Shown piece after piece: positions 1 to 10,202 of a DNA stretch of 64,000 nucleotides. How positions within the stretch are numbered: the stretch's first letter is position 1; each line of letters starts with the position of its first letter. Position numbers and translations under genes: made by a program. Under the pieces are notes generated by a model. The model worked only from the letters and a program-made list of their open reading frames with translations, had not been told where the DNA came from and made no database searches. Source of the DNA: Sedimentisphaerales bacterium (GTDB taxonomy: Bacteria > Planctomycetota > Phycisphaerae > Sedimentisphaerales > Anaerobacaceae); the NCBI GenBank assembly GCA_963708075.1, contig OY970194.1, positions 2,176,001 through 2,240,000 of the forward strand, read 5' to 3'.

Positions 1-3000
1 CCATCGAAGCCCGGTTGACCAGCTGTGCCGGGAATCGGCGCATTCGGGTCCACGGGCTGAGGCAGATTCGGATCGTTCGGGTCCGCGTCCGGTGGAGCAT
101 CCAGAGGATCGTTCGGATCCGGAGGATCCGCAGGATCCGGCTGGGGCTGAGGGGCTTGCGGAGGAACATTGGCATCCGCACCTGTCTGGCCCTGGGCCAG
201 GCAGTTCTCGATCACGAGGTTTGCCAACGTCGGACTGCTTCCCCTGAAGCAGGCAATCGCGCCGCCAAATGCATCCCGACCATCGGCGCCATTGTTCCCG
301 GTAGCGCTGTTCGGATCCCCACCGCTGACCAAGCCGTTACGAATGGTGAATCCCTGTATCACGGCCTCCGGGCCTTCGCCGTTCTGGAAGACGAATGCGC
401 GGCCTAGCCCGCTGCAGTCAATGATTGTGTGGGCCACCGTGTACGGATCGGTCGGGTTCTCGCTGGTTAGAACGATCGACTTGCCGCCGAAATCGAGGTC
501 ATGAGTCTGGTACGTACCTCCCAAGACGATGATCTTGTCGCCGTGAGAGCGGGCGTGCTCAATGGCCTCGGCAATGGTCTTATACTGGCCGGGGACCGCC
601 AGGCTCCTGCCTTGCATGAAGCTGACCGTGACCACTTTGTCGCCGGTCATCGTAACCGTGTTGTCGTTGGCCCAGGACTTGTCGTTGTCGGTCCCTTGCC
701 ACTTGTCGACGATGTACGTGCTCTCGGGCTGCGCCGTCAGATCCACCACCGTGCCTTCGCGGTAGAGTCCCGCCACGCGATGGTAGTCCGGCAGCAGCGA
801 CCCGTTCCTGCTCGACACCTTCGTCGTCAGGCGATACACCGGGATCTGCTCGAATTCGATCTTGATGTCCATCGGCCCCATCACCGTGATGAGGATGTTG
901 GGGTCCCTGGTCGTGTCGTTGCCGATCCCGACCCAGCGTTTGATCCGGTAGCCGTCCTTCACGTGCGCGGTCAGCCGCACCACCTCGTACTGGCGGAAGG
1001 AGCCGCTGCTTGGCTCGACGGAGCCGCCGGCCTCATTCGCATCCACCGGTGCGTCGCTGGCATTGACCACCGTGACCGTCAGCGGGAAAGACTGCGCCGG
1101 ACCCGCCCCATAATGGGCGCCCATGTCGATGGCTGCGGTATCCTTGACGCCGTCCGTTCTCGTGGTCATCTCGTGCAGCTTCTGGGCCACGGGCGCAGCG
1201 GTTTCCGGATCACCCATGTCAATGCACGGGCTGCTGATCAACTGCCCGGCCTCCATCTGGCTGAGGTAGTATGCGCCCAGAGGTCCTTTGGTAAATTGCG
1301 GATCGGCGAAGATGTTGCCGGTGCCGAGATCGTCGATGTCTTCGATGCAGGAGTATGTCGCTGTGGCGCCGACGAGATCATCGCCATTGCCCCAGATGAT
1401 GCAGTTCGTAATGATTGGATTGGAGCCGTCGAAGGCCCAGATGCCGCCGTCGCGGGCCAGATTGTTCTTGTCCAGGACGATCGTGCAATTGGTGATCGTC
1501 GGCGAGGCGCGGACGAGGTCGAACTGACCGCTGCCATTGATCGCCGCGTTGTTGGTGACGAAACAATTGACGAACGTTGGCGAGGCATCGGTGCAACTGA
1601 CGCCGCCGCCCACGTTCATGCTGGTATTATTCCGGATGATGCAATCGCTGATGCTCGCTTCGCTCTGTTCGAAGTTCAAGCCGCCGCCGACGGCGAATTC
1701 GCCGAAGGCCGTGTTGTTGCTGATGACGCAATTGGTGATTTCCGGCGAGCCGGCGAAGCAATCGATGCCCGCGCCGTAGTCGCTCGCCTGGTTGTAACTG
1801 ATGATGCAGTGCGTGATGGTCGGAGAGGCGCCTTCGATGCGGATGCCGGCGCCGATGGCCGCTATGCCCCAACTGACAGTGAAGCCCTTGAGCACGCTGC
1901 CGCGTCCCTCGCCACTGGCGAATGTCACAACAGACCCTTCTGTGAACATGCCGAAGATGACGGTCGTGTCGGGATAAATGACCGGATCGGTCGGCGCCAG
2001 CGGGTTTCCGCTGCGCACGGTGATAGCCTTACCCTTGAAGTCGATGTGCTCGGGATAGATGGTGGTGCTGCCGGGCCTGCCCTCCGCAATGATCTCGTCT
2101 CCATCGACGGCCTCATCAATCGCCGTCTGGATCGAGAAGTAGAAATTGGAGGGATTCCGCGTGTTGATCACACGGGCAACTTGTCCCTGCGGCACGGCCT
2201 TGAGGGCCTTGGCCACGTTGAGACGTCCCTGCGACAGGCACAAGCCGGGCAGAACCGGGTCCACCGTCTGCATCAGCGCGTGCTTCACGCGATAGTGGGA
2301 CAGGTTGGGGGACTGCGACCAGAGCAGCGCGCATGCTGCTGAGACGTGCGGCGCCGCTACGGATGTGCCTGAGAGGGTCCCATACTTGGTCGTCACACCA
2401 TCCGCCTTCATGGCGGCCGTCTCTTCCGTCGGCGTCGTGCTCAAGACACCCTCGCCGGGCTCGCCAAGATCGACCGACCTCCGTCCATAGTTCGAGGTGG
2501 AAGCAAGCCGATCCTTGTTATTCGTGGCCAGGACCGAGATGATGTTGTACAACTCATAGCAGGCCGGATACACTGGAGAATTGTCGATGTTCCGCGAATC
2601 GTTGCCCGCGGCGGCCACGACCAGGACACCCTTCTTGCCGGCCTCCTCGATCGCGTTTCTCAGGCTCTCACTGTACTCCGTCGAGGCCCAGGAGGCGTTG
2701 ATGATCTTCGCCCCCGAGGCGACCGCGTACTCGATGGCGGCGACCGCGGCATTAAGGTTGACACCGTTGGCGTCGCCGACCTTCAGCGGCATCAGGCTGA
2801 CCTGCCAGCAGGTGCCGGCGATGCCCGTCGCGTTGTTCGCAGCGGCGCCGATAATGCCGGCCACGTAGGTGCCGTGGTATGCATCGTCCTTGAAGTCCAC
2901 CGTATCGGTCAGGAAGTTGTAACCATTGCGATCATCGATACGACCGTTGCCGTCATCATCCACGTCCGGCTTGCCCGTTTGCTCCTTGGCGTTCACCCAC

Positions 3001-3611
3001 AGGTTGGCCTTGAGGTCCGGATGCTCGGGGTCCATGCCGGTGTCGAGGATGGCGACGATAACGTTCCTCTTGCCGGTCTGGATGTCCCATGCCTCGGGCG
3101 CGTCGATATCCGCGTCCGCCAAACCGCCATCCTGGCCGGTGTTGTCCAAATTCCACTGAAGCTTGAAGTTCGGGTCGTTCGGCACACGCTGGAGCTGGTA
3201 GCGGTAGTTGGGCTCTGCGTACAGCACGTTTTCGCTGGCGGCAAATTGCAGCATTGCATCCGCGGCGGAGACGCCGGGCGGCAGTTTCACCAGGGTCAGT
3301 CCGGGCACGATCTCGTCGTACTGGCCCGCTACAGATGTCCCCTCCATGATCTCATTGGAGATCGTCTCGCGCACGGCGCGCGCAGTCCGAGGACCATACA
3401 GGTCCGAACGAGCAGACGTTAGATTATCCCCCGTGGCGAAGCGAACGAGCAATTCGCTCTGCCCATCCGAAGTGACGCCGCCATAGCCGATGGCGTCCCA
3501 CAAGGAAAGCGACAAATCATCCGCTGTCAAGGCCGTCCGAGCGCAAAAAACCAGCACCGAGCATACCAGTAACCGCCAGGTGCCGGAACGCCCCTGAGTT
3601 CGCTGTTTCAT
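1..3611 (-). CDS. Giant secreted S8 (subtilase) protease with right-handed beta-helix regions, InlB-B-like repeats and a Pro/Asp linker; 3' end lies outside the window
   Basis: Absent from the ORF track because it has no stop in the window. Manual translation from ATG 3611 (GGAG upstream) gives a signal peptide, the triad VAILDTG / HGTYVAG / GTSVAAPHV, oxyanion AAGND, SIQTAID...IDFKGKAITVRS and SPTITNC repeats. The frame is consistent down to position 1. Confidence 0.9.
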   Translation of the reverse strand, partial: MKQRTQGRSGTWRLLVCSVLVFCARTALTADDLSLSLWDAIGYGGVTSDGQSELLVRFATGDNLTSARSDLYGPRTARAVRETISNEIMEGTSVAGQYDEIVPGLTLVKLPPGVSAADAMLQFAASENVLYAEPNYRYQLQRVPNDPNFKLQWNLDNTGQDGGLADADIDAPEAWDIQTGKRNVIVAILDTGMDPEHPDLKANLWVNAKEQTGKPDVDDDGNGRIDDRNGYNFLTDTVDFKDDAYHGTYVAGIIGAAANNATGIAGTCWQVSLMPLKVGDANGVNLNAAVAAIEYAVASGAKIINASWASTEYSESLRNAIEEAGKKGVLVVAAAGNDSRNIDNSPVYPACYELYNIISVLATNNKDRLASTSNYGRRSVDLGEPGEGVLSTTPTEETAAMKADGVTTKYGTLSGTSVAAPHVSAACALLWSQSPNLSHYRVKHALMQTVDPVLPGLCLSQGRLNVAKALKAVPQGQVARVINTRNPSNFYFSIQTAIDEAVDGDEIIAEGRPGSTTIYPEHIDFKGKAITVRSGNPLAPTDPVIYPDTTVIFGMFTEGSVVTFASGEGRGSVLKGFTVSWGIAAIGAGIRIEGASPTITHCIISYNQASDYGAGIDCFAGSPEITNCVISNNTAFGEFAVGGGLNFEQSEASISDCIIRNNTSMNVGGGVSCTDASPTFVNCFVTNNAAINGSGQFDLVRASPTITNCTIVLDKNNLARDGGIWAFDGSNPIITNCIIWGNGDDLVGATATYSCIEDIDDLGTGNIFADPQFTKGPLGAYYLSQMEAGQLISSPCIDMGDPETAAPVAQKLHEMTTRTDGVKDTAAIDMGAHYGAGPAQSFPLTVTVVNASDAPVDANEAGGSVEPSSGSFRQYEVVRLTAHVKDGYRIKRWVGIGNDTTRDPNILITVMGPMDIKIEFEQIPVYRLTTKVSSRNGSLLPDYHRVAGLYREGTVVDLTAQPESTYIVDKWQGTDNDKSWANDNTVTMTGDKVVTVSFMQGRSLAVPGQYKTIAEAIEHARSHGDKIIVLGGTYQTHDLDFGGKSIVLTSENPTDPYTVAHTIIDCSGLGRAFVFQNGEGPEAVIQGFTIRNGLVSGGDPNSATGNNGADGRDAFGGAIACFRGSSPTLANLVIENCLAQGQTGADANVPPQAPQPQPDPADPPDPNDPLDAPPDADPNDPNLPQPVDPNAPIPGTAGQPGFD

Positions 3612-3712
3612 ATCTCCACTTCCGTTCAATTGTGCCTGCGTCTGTACAGCGTCTGTACTAAGGAACCCTCACATGCAGACTATCTCTATCTGCCAATGGA
3701 AGCCCATCCGCG

Positions 3713-6700
3713 TTAAAGTCCGCTCCCGGCCCCCGGACTCTCCTCCAATGCCGCGATCGCCTCTTGGTCCATCTCATCCTGCAGAATGATCGTCGGTTTG
3801 ACCAGGATCAGCAGGACTTTCTGATCGCGGACCGTGCTGCGGTTGGAGAAGAGCAAATTCACAATGGGGATTTTGCTGAGTATCGGCACTCCCGACTCCT
3901 TATCCACTGCCACCGTGATCTTGTGGCCGCCCAGCAGCAAGGTTCCCCGGTCGGGAACGCTCACACGAGTCATCACGTTGGCGGTCTCCGTCTCGGGAAC
4001 CTCCACCGGATACGTGAGGACCGTCGCGGCCGTGTTGGTGGTGGTGCCATTGGTCGTCGTTCCGCCGGCGTTTCCCGGAATAGGCGCCGAGACGATGTGC
4101 TGTTTGAAGCGAAGCAGGTCCGTCTGGGTCGTGATGATGTTCAGCAACACGTGTTTCCTGTCTTTGGTGATCGTCGGGGTGATCGTCAGGTTGCTGCCTA
4201 CCGGCTGGTACCCGATACTCTGAGGCGTGTAGATGCCCTGCGTCGAGAGGCCGCCGCTCAACGTGCCCTGCGTGCCCTGCGTCACCGTCGGGGGTAAGGC
4301 ATAGGAAATATAATCCTGGAGATAGAAGAACGCCGACTCCCCGCTCAACACCGTCACTTTCGGCGCCGAGAGCGACTCCGAGTCGGTCCGCGCCTGCGTA
4401 GCCCGAAGCAACAGGCTCGCCTGCAGATTGTCCAGAACCGAGCCGTAGCCGGCCTGCAGTCCCAGCGCCGGCGTGGAGCTGAGAACCCGGAATACTGCCC
4501 GACACATTCGTCTGCGTGGGCCGAACGTTCAGGAACGAATCCTGCTCCACTGTCACGACGCCCCAGTTGCCGCCGAAGTTGTACGAGAAGTCCAGATCCA
4601 GCCCGATGTCCTCCAGGAAGTTCTCCGTAACGGCGAGGAACCTCGCTTCGATGGAGACCTCGTTACCCAGGGACTTGCGAAGCTGATCGAGCATGTCCCG
4701 GATCTGCTGATGCACCTCGGGGGTCTGGTAGACCACCAGTTTCTTCGGCTGCTGATCCGGGTAGGGTGTGATCGTTCCCTCGCCGGTTTCACTGAGGTCA
4801 AACCAGGTATCCGGCTCGATTGTCTGCTCGATCAGATATCGGAGGCTCTGGGCCATGATACCGCTCATATAGCCGGTCATGCCCATGCCGCCGCCCATCA
4901 TCCCGCCGCCCATGCCGCCGCCCATCATGCCGCCGCCCATGCCACCCATCATCCCGCCGCCCATGCCGCCCATGCCGCCGCCGTAGCCGCCCATGCCGCC
5001 ACCCATGCCGCCACCCATGCCGCCCATGCCACCCATCATCCCGCCGCCCATGCCGCCCATGCCGCCGCCGTAGCCGCCCATGCCGCCACCCATCATCCCG
5101 CCGCCCATGCCGCCCATGCCGCCGCCCATGCCACCCATACCGCCGCCATAGCCGCCCATGCCGCCACCCATGCCACCCATCATCCCGCCGCCCATGCCTC
5201 CCATGCCACCCATCATCCCGCCGCCCATGCCGCCCATCATCCCGCCGCCCATCATCCCCATCATGCCCATCTGGCTTCCAATTTGAGCATAATTAGCGGG
5301 CTCGCCGACAAGATCGCTGATGTCGTAGACACGCGTTTCCATCTTCTTTGCAGGCAGCGAGTAGTTGGTGCCGACGGTGATCACGCCTCTGTTCACGATG
5401 TAGTCGAGCTGAATGTCCGCCTGTGGGTTGGACATCGCGTTGAGCAAGTTCTCCAGGGCAGTGCCCACCTTGACGCTCGGCAGGCCGTCCATACTGATCG
5501 GCGTGCTCGGCTCGATCAGGGCGTTCTCCGACAGATCGCGCCACAGGACAACGATGTTCAGCGGCGGCTCCACCGATTTCCTGACGATTTCAATAGCCTC
5601 GCTCAACGGCATCTCCGGCGTAAGCGCCGACAGATCGACAACCTTCTCGAGTTGGTCGTAAATGAGTATATTCGCCGGATCCAGTTGGATCGGCTCCTCG
5701 GGCTCGCGCGTCGGTTTCTCGATGATTTCACGCCATTCCTTGGGGTACGTCATTTCCTTGTGGTACGGAATCTTGGCCTCGTCAGCCTCGAGCAGGATGT
5801 TCGCCCGTTCCCTGGCGCCCAACCGGCGCATCTCGAGCTGCTTGCGCAGATAGATCGTATCTTCGGTCGCCTGCTTCATCCGCAGCGCCTCGTCGTGAAG
5901 AGGATCGATGGCGAGAATCATTTCAAGCTGACCGAGGGCCGCCTCATATCGCTGCTGCTGCTGATACGCCTTGGCGCGCTCCATCAGTTCATCGATTCTC
6001 TGCTTGCGATCGATCTCCGCCTGCTTGCGGAGGTCCTGCTGCGTCTGAGCTGCTTCCAGGCGTCTCTGCTCAACGAGTTGCTTGTCCCTGATCGCCTGTG
6101 CTTCGGCGATGCTCGCGTTGGCTTCCTCGCACTGCACGGTATACTGGCGATACAGTTCCTCGCCCAACTGGCCCTGATATTCATTCACGCGGCGCTGGGC
6201 ATCGAAGACGACCTCCCGGGCCTTGTCAAACTCGCCCTGGGCGAGACTTCTCTGGCACTGATTGACGGCGTTAGTGACAACCGCCTGGGTATGGCTGCGA
6301 ATGATGCTCCTTCGGCGATTGATTTCTCCAACGAAACCACCGGCGTCCGGCTCCGCCGGTACTGCTGCGGCCGGTTCACCTGCAGCCAGCGATGTCTGCG
6401 GCGCTGCGGGCGTCTGTGACATTGCGGATGTAGCCAGCAGCCGGTCAATAGCCTCGATGTAGTCCTCCGGGCGCTTGCCCTCGGCGGCTGTGAACTGTCC
6501 GCTGCGGGCCACTTCAACGAATCCCCGCCGAGCTCCCTCCAAATCACCGGCGGAATAGAGTTCCAGACTGCGGTTGTACAAGGCCTGAATGCGTCCGGCC
6601 TCGCCCTGTGCCGGACCGGCAGGCTCCGTGGCGGCGCGATACGGCATCGCCGTAGGTATCGGCGACGCAACGGGCAGCATCGAAGGCGCCGTTGGGGCCG

Positions 6701-7481
6701 TCACTCTCGTCTCCGGCTGCGGAGCGGCGATCGCTGTCTCTGCGTTGTCGATCTCCGCCAGGTACCCTCGGATTGTCGTAGCAACAGACGCCGGCAACCC
6801 CTCGCTCTTGAGCAGCTCGGTGAACCCCTGCCGGGCCTTCTTGAGATCGCGGGAATGGTAAGCGAGCATACTCTGGTAATACAACTCGCCGATCCGGTCC
6901 GTTTCCTGGGTCGTGACGCCACTCGGCGCAAGAGCGTTCTGAGTGTTCGCGCCGCTGTCCGGGGACGTGCCGGCCTGCGGGCTGACGCTGTCACTGGCCG
7001 TGCCGGTGATTCTCGACTGCCCCGACGTGCGCAGCAACTGCGCCACTTCGAGACGCTCATTCTCGCTCAGGAACGTGCTGCTCTGGATGCTCTCCAAACG
7101 AGCACGCCCGCGCGCGGTATCACCCTTGCGAAGCAAGTCCTGCCCGGCCTGCTTGGCTTCCAGTGCCTTCTTACGCTCCGCCGCTGCCCGGCTCGCTTTC
7201 TCCGCCAGAGACTGCAGCTTGCGCTGATCCAGAGGATCCAGACGATCCGCAAATTTCTGAGCTCCCTGGAACATCTTCTCCGCATCTGCATAGTTGCCGC
7301 GGTCGTACTGATATGTCCCCATTTGCATGTAACGTTGAGCGAAGTCACGCTCAGACGCATCATCATTGTTCTGCGATGGGCCCGCCTGGACAAAGGCTGT
7401 CGCGACAAGAAAGACCGATGCCAGGATGGTGGATGCGGACCCTCTCCGCAGAAACTTCGCGAATACTGTTGGCCTGTCCAA
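3713..7481 (-). CDS. Large secretin (type II/III secretion family) with N-terminal TPR-like region and Gly-Met tract; one frameshift near 4485
   Basis: ORF 3900-7481 (AGGAGG + TTG, signal peptide, ETRVYDISDL, VSIEARFL) continues in ORF 3713-4507 (APKVTVLSGE, GTLLLGG, GVPILSKIP..LF, LLILVKPTII). Confidence 0.88.
4862..5270 (-). repeat. Low-complexity coding tract of about 135 codons of (G)GGM/GGMM/GGY units
   Basis: Arrays of GCCGCCCAT/GCCACCCAT; a block of about 60 nt recurs at an 87-nt offset (near 4943 and 5030). Confidence 0.97.
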
Positions 7482-7784
7482 AACCTAACCTCCTGCCAAT
7501 AAAATCATCACCCTTTTTACGGAAAGACCTTGCACAACCGTTACTTATTAAGTACCTCCAAGCGAAGGTCGTAGGCCCCAGTCATGCCTGTAATTTATTA
7601 AAATAGCGAATTTTTTGCAAGAGAAAAATTGCACCGCAGCTTGTTTGGCCGATAAAATCTAACATTTCCAGTACCAAACGCAAAGTCCCCCGATGCTTAG
7701 GGTGAAATTGGGGCCATGTAAAAGAGCGGATTATAGGCGCCCTGGGCAATAGGATGTGACAGAGACATATTGGAGCAGGCAATC

Positions 7785-8570
7785 ATGGAAGAGCCGCTTA
7801 TTCTGGCAGTGGAGACATCCAGCCGGGTCGGGTCCGTTGCCCTCGCCCAGGGACCGGCGTTGTTGGCACAGAGCACGTTCTCCGGACCCCTGCAACATAG
7901 TGCCGAAATCTTTCCTGCCATCAGTCAACTCCTGAACCGCTTTCATTTCGTGCCAGGCGACATTGCCCAAGTACATGTCGCTATCGGCCCCGGCAGTTTC
8001 ACAGGCCTGCGCATCGCAGTCACGATGGCCAAGGCCGCGCATCTGGCCAACGCGACGGCCATCGTGACGGTGGACTCGCTGGACGTCATTGCCGCCAACA
8101 TAGGGGACGTATCATCGGCCCCGGCGTTACAGGATTCCGGCGGCGTCCTGCTCGATCGTGTTGCGACGGTGCTGGACGCCAAGCGAGGGGAGTTCTATGC
8201 CGCCGTGTATCAGCGGGTCAGGCGAACGGACCAGACGGTCCCGGCGGGCGATGCAGGTTACCTGATCCCCGCGCCGCAGCAGCACGTTTGGCAAAAAATT
8301 GTGCCCGACTGCCTGATTACCGCCGAGGAGCTGGTTGAGAGATTCGGCGAGGATGGGCCACTTGGCGTGCTGGGCGATGGCCTGCTATACCACCGCGACC
8401 GGTTCATCTCCCATAATACCCGCATTTTTGACGAGCAGTACTGGAGCCCGCAGGCATCCAATGTGCATCACCTCGGCTATCAGAAGGCCCGGGCCGGCTT
8501 GTTTGCCGATCCGCTGACGCTGACCCCCTTCTACCTGCGAGGCCCCCTCGTAACACTCAAAAAATCGTGA
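7785..8570 (+). CDS. tsaB: tRNA threonylcarbamoyladenosine biosynthesis protein TsaB
   Basis: ILAVETSSRVGSVAL, HSAEIFP, GPGSFTGLRI, LDAKRGEFY, LTPFYLR. Confidence 0.95.
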   Translation: MEEPLILAVETSSRVGSVALAQGPALLAQSTFSGPLQHSAEIFPAISQLLNRFHFVPGDIAQVHVAIGPGSFTGLRIAVTMAKAAHLANATAIVTVDSLDVIAANIGDVSSAPALQDSGGVLLDRVATVLDAKRGEFYAAVYQRVRRTDQTVPAGDAGYLIPAPQQHVWQKIVPDCLITAEELVERFGEDGPLGVLGDGLLYHRDRFISHNTRIFDEQYWSPQASNVHHLGYQKARAGLFADPLTLTPFYLRGPLVTLKKS

Positions 8571-8736
8571 ATCCCCTACTAGATATTTGTTCACTTGCCG
8601 CCGTCGCTGTGGTATAGATGAGGCGTTGACGGGCATTCGCATGAGAACTGTCTTCTTATGACACCGACTGAAGAGAACCCGGTGTGAACGGGAATGCCCC
8701 CCTAGAAATCTCGGATCTTTGCAAGGGGAATGCGAG

Positions 8737-9147
8737 ATGAACATCTATGTTGGGAACCTCTCCACTGACACCAGTGAGGATGAATTGCGACAGGCGTTCG
8801 AAGCCTTCGGCGAAGTCGCAAGCGTCCGAATCGTAAGGGACGGAGCCACCGGCGAGTCCAGAGGCTTTGGATTCGTCGAGATGCCCGCTGAGGAGCAGGC
8901 CAAGACCGCCATCCAGGAGATGAATGGCAAAGAACTCAAAGGCAGCGCACTGACGGTCGAACAGGGTCGCGCCCGACCGGCGGCCGGCGGCGGTGGTGGA
9001 AGACCTCCTCGCGGTCAAGGTCCTCGTCGCGGTCCCGGCGGCGGCGGCGGCAGGCCCGGTGGTCGTCCCGGTGGCGGCGGCGGACGCGGTGGTCCTTCTC
9101 GAGGCCCCAGCCGAGGACCGGACCGAGGCGGCAGACCTCGCTATTGA
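8737..9147 (+). CDS. Single-RRM RNA-binding protein with Gly/Arg/Pro-rich tail
   Basis: RNP2 IYVGNL, RNP1 RGFGFVEM, RGG-type tail. Confidence 0.95.
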   Translation: MNIYVGNLSTDTSEDELRQAFEAFGEVASVRIVRDGATGESRGFGFVEMPAEEQAKTAIQEMNGKELKGSALTVEQGRARPAAGGGGGRPPRGQGPRRGPGGGGGRPGGRPGGGGGRGGPSRGPSRGPDRGGRPRY

Positions 9148-9325
9148 TCGCTCGTACTGACGGGCAGCGGGTACCAACGCTCATTATTACGGTCATCAGG
9201 GCATGGAAGCCGGAGATTCGAGTTGGCATTTCTTGCCTGGGTAAATAGGAGTCACGCGAACCGAATGATCTCGTGATGCGGGGTCATTCGCCCGAGACAA
9301 CAGGTGGCGCAAGGAGTCTGTCGAC

Positions 9326-9793
9326 GTGGCGAGACAGAGCGCCGGGATACTGATGTACCGCAGGCGGGCCGGCCGGATGGAGGTGTTTCTCATCCATCCG
9401 GGCGGGCCATTCTGGTCCAGAAAGGACGATGGGGCGTGGTCTATCCCGAAGGGCGAGTTCACGTCCGAGGAGTTGCCGCTGGATGCTGCAAAGCGGGAAT
9501 TCCAGGAAGAGACAGGCTTCACGGTCTCCGGTGATCTTATTGCCCTCGAGCCCATCAAGCAGGCCGGCGGGAAGATCGTGCACGCCTGGATGGTCGAGGG
9601 CGACTGCGACGCCGCCGCTGTCAAGAGCAACGCATTCTCCATGGAATGGCCCCTTCACTCCGGCCAGTGGAAGACCTTCCCGGAGGTGGACTGCGCGGGT
9701 TGGTTCACACTCGAGCAAGCCGAGATGAAGATACTGAAAAGCCAGCGTCCCCTGCTCGATCAGTTCCGCCGACTGATCAAGGAGCAGGAATGA
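9326..9793 (+). CDS. NUDIX-family hydrolase
   Basis: HPGGPFW, WSIPKGE...AAKREFQEETG Nudix box, FPEVD. Confidence 0.92.
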   Translation: MARQSAGILMYRRRAGRMEVFLIHPGGPFWSRKDDGAWSIPKGEFTSEELPLDAAKREFQEETGFTVSGDLIALEPIKQAGGKIVHAWMVEGDCDAAAVKSNAFSMEWPLHSGQWKTFPEVDCAGWFTLEQAEMKILKSQRPLLDQFRRLIKEQE

Positions 9794-10146
9794 GTCTCAC
9801 GGGAAGAAGCCGTATCGCCATTGGTCTGACTGCCTGCACACTGGTTGGCATCCTGATTGCCGCTATTCTACTGCTCCTTCACGGAACGTGGAGGTCAGGA
9901 ACTGCCGTGACCAACGTAATCGTGCAGATGCACAACGGCCGTCAGTCTGTAACCTGGACGCTCATCACTCACAATCTGGTCGGCATTCGGGTGACAGCAT
10001 CCGACCCTTCTTACTCCGGCACATGGGCTGACCAGGATATGTGGTCGCGGGGCAGTCACTGGGATGAAATCACAGTGACTGAGGAACTCCTGTATCCACT
10101 CAAGCGTTCAGACACGACTGAAGGGCGTAAGGAGAAAGCCGATTAG
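9790..10146 (+). CDS. Hypothetical protein with N-terminal membrane anchor
   Basis: ATG overlaps the NUDIX stop (ATGA) with GGAG upstream; hydrophobic IAIGLTACTLVGILIAAILLLL. Confidence 0.55.
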   Translation: MSLTGRSRIAIGLTACTLVGILIAAILLLLHGTWRSGTAVTNVIVQMHNGRQSVTWTLITHNLVGIRVTASDPSYSGTWADQDMWSRGSHWDEITVTEELLYPLKRSDTTEGRKEKAD

Positions 10147-10202
10147 CGTGTCACCACCCCGAGGACCCTGACCACCACCGTTCCGCGGTTTCGCGGCACA
10201 GG

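Noticed and set aside
501..2342. Long plus-strand ORFs such as 501-2342, 4473-6419, 11364-12830 and 51346-52782
   Set aside because: Antisense shadows of real minus-strand genes in GC-rich DNA; the His/Ala-rich run mirrors the Gly-Met tract.
4862..5270. CRISPR-like array
   Set aside because: Codon-level coding repeat with no unique spacers and no cas genes.
7648..7655. Sigma28-like GCCGATAA box
   Set aside because: No matching -35 element at the expected spacing.
8668..8708. Hammerhead ribozyme (CTGAAGA...GAAA)
   Set aside because: The stem II and stem III geometry around the core motifs cannot be formed.
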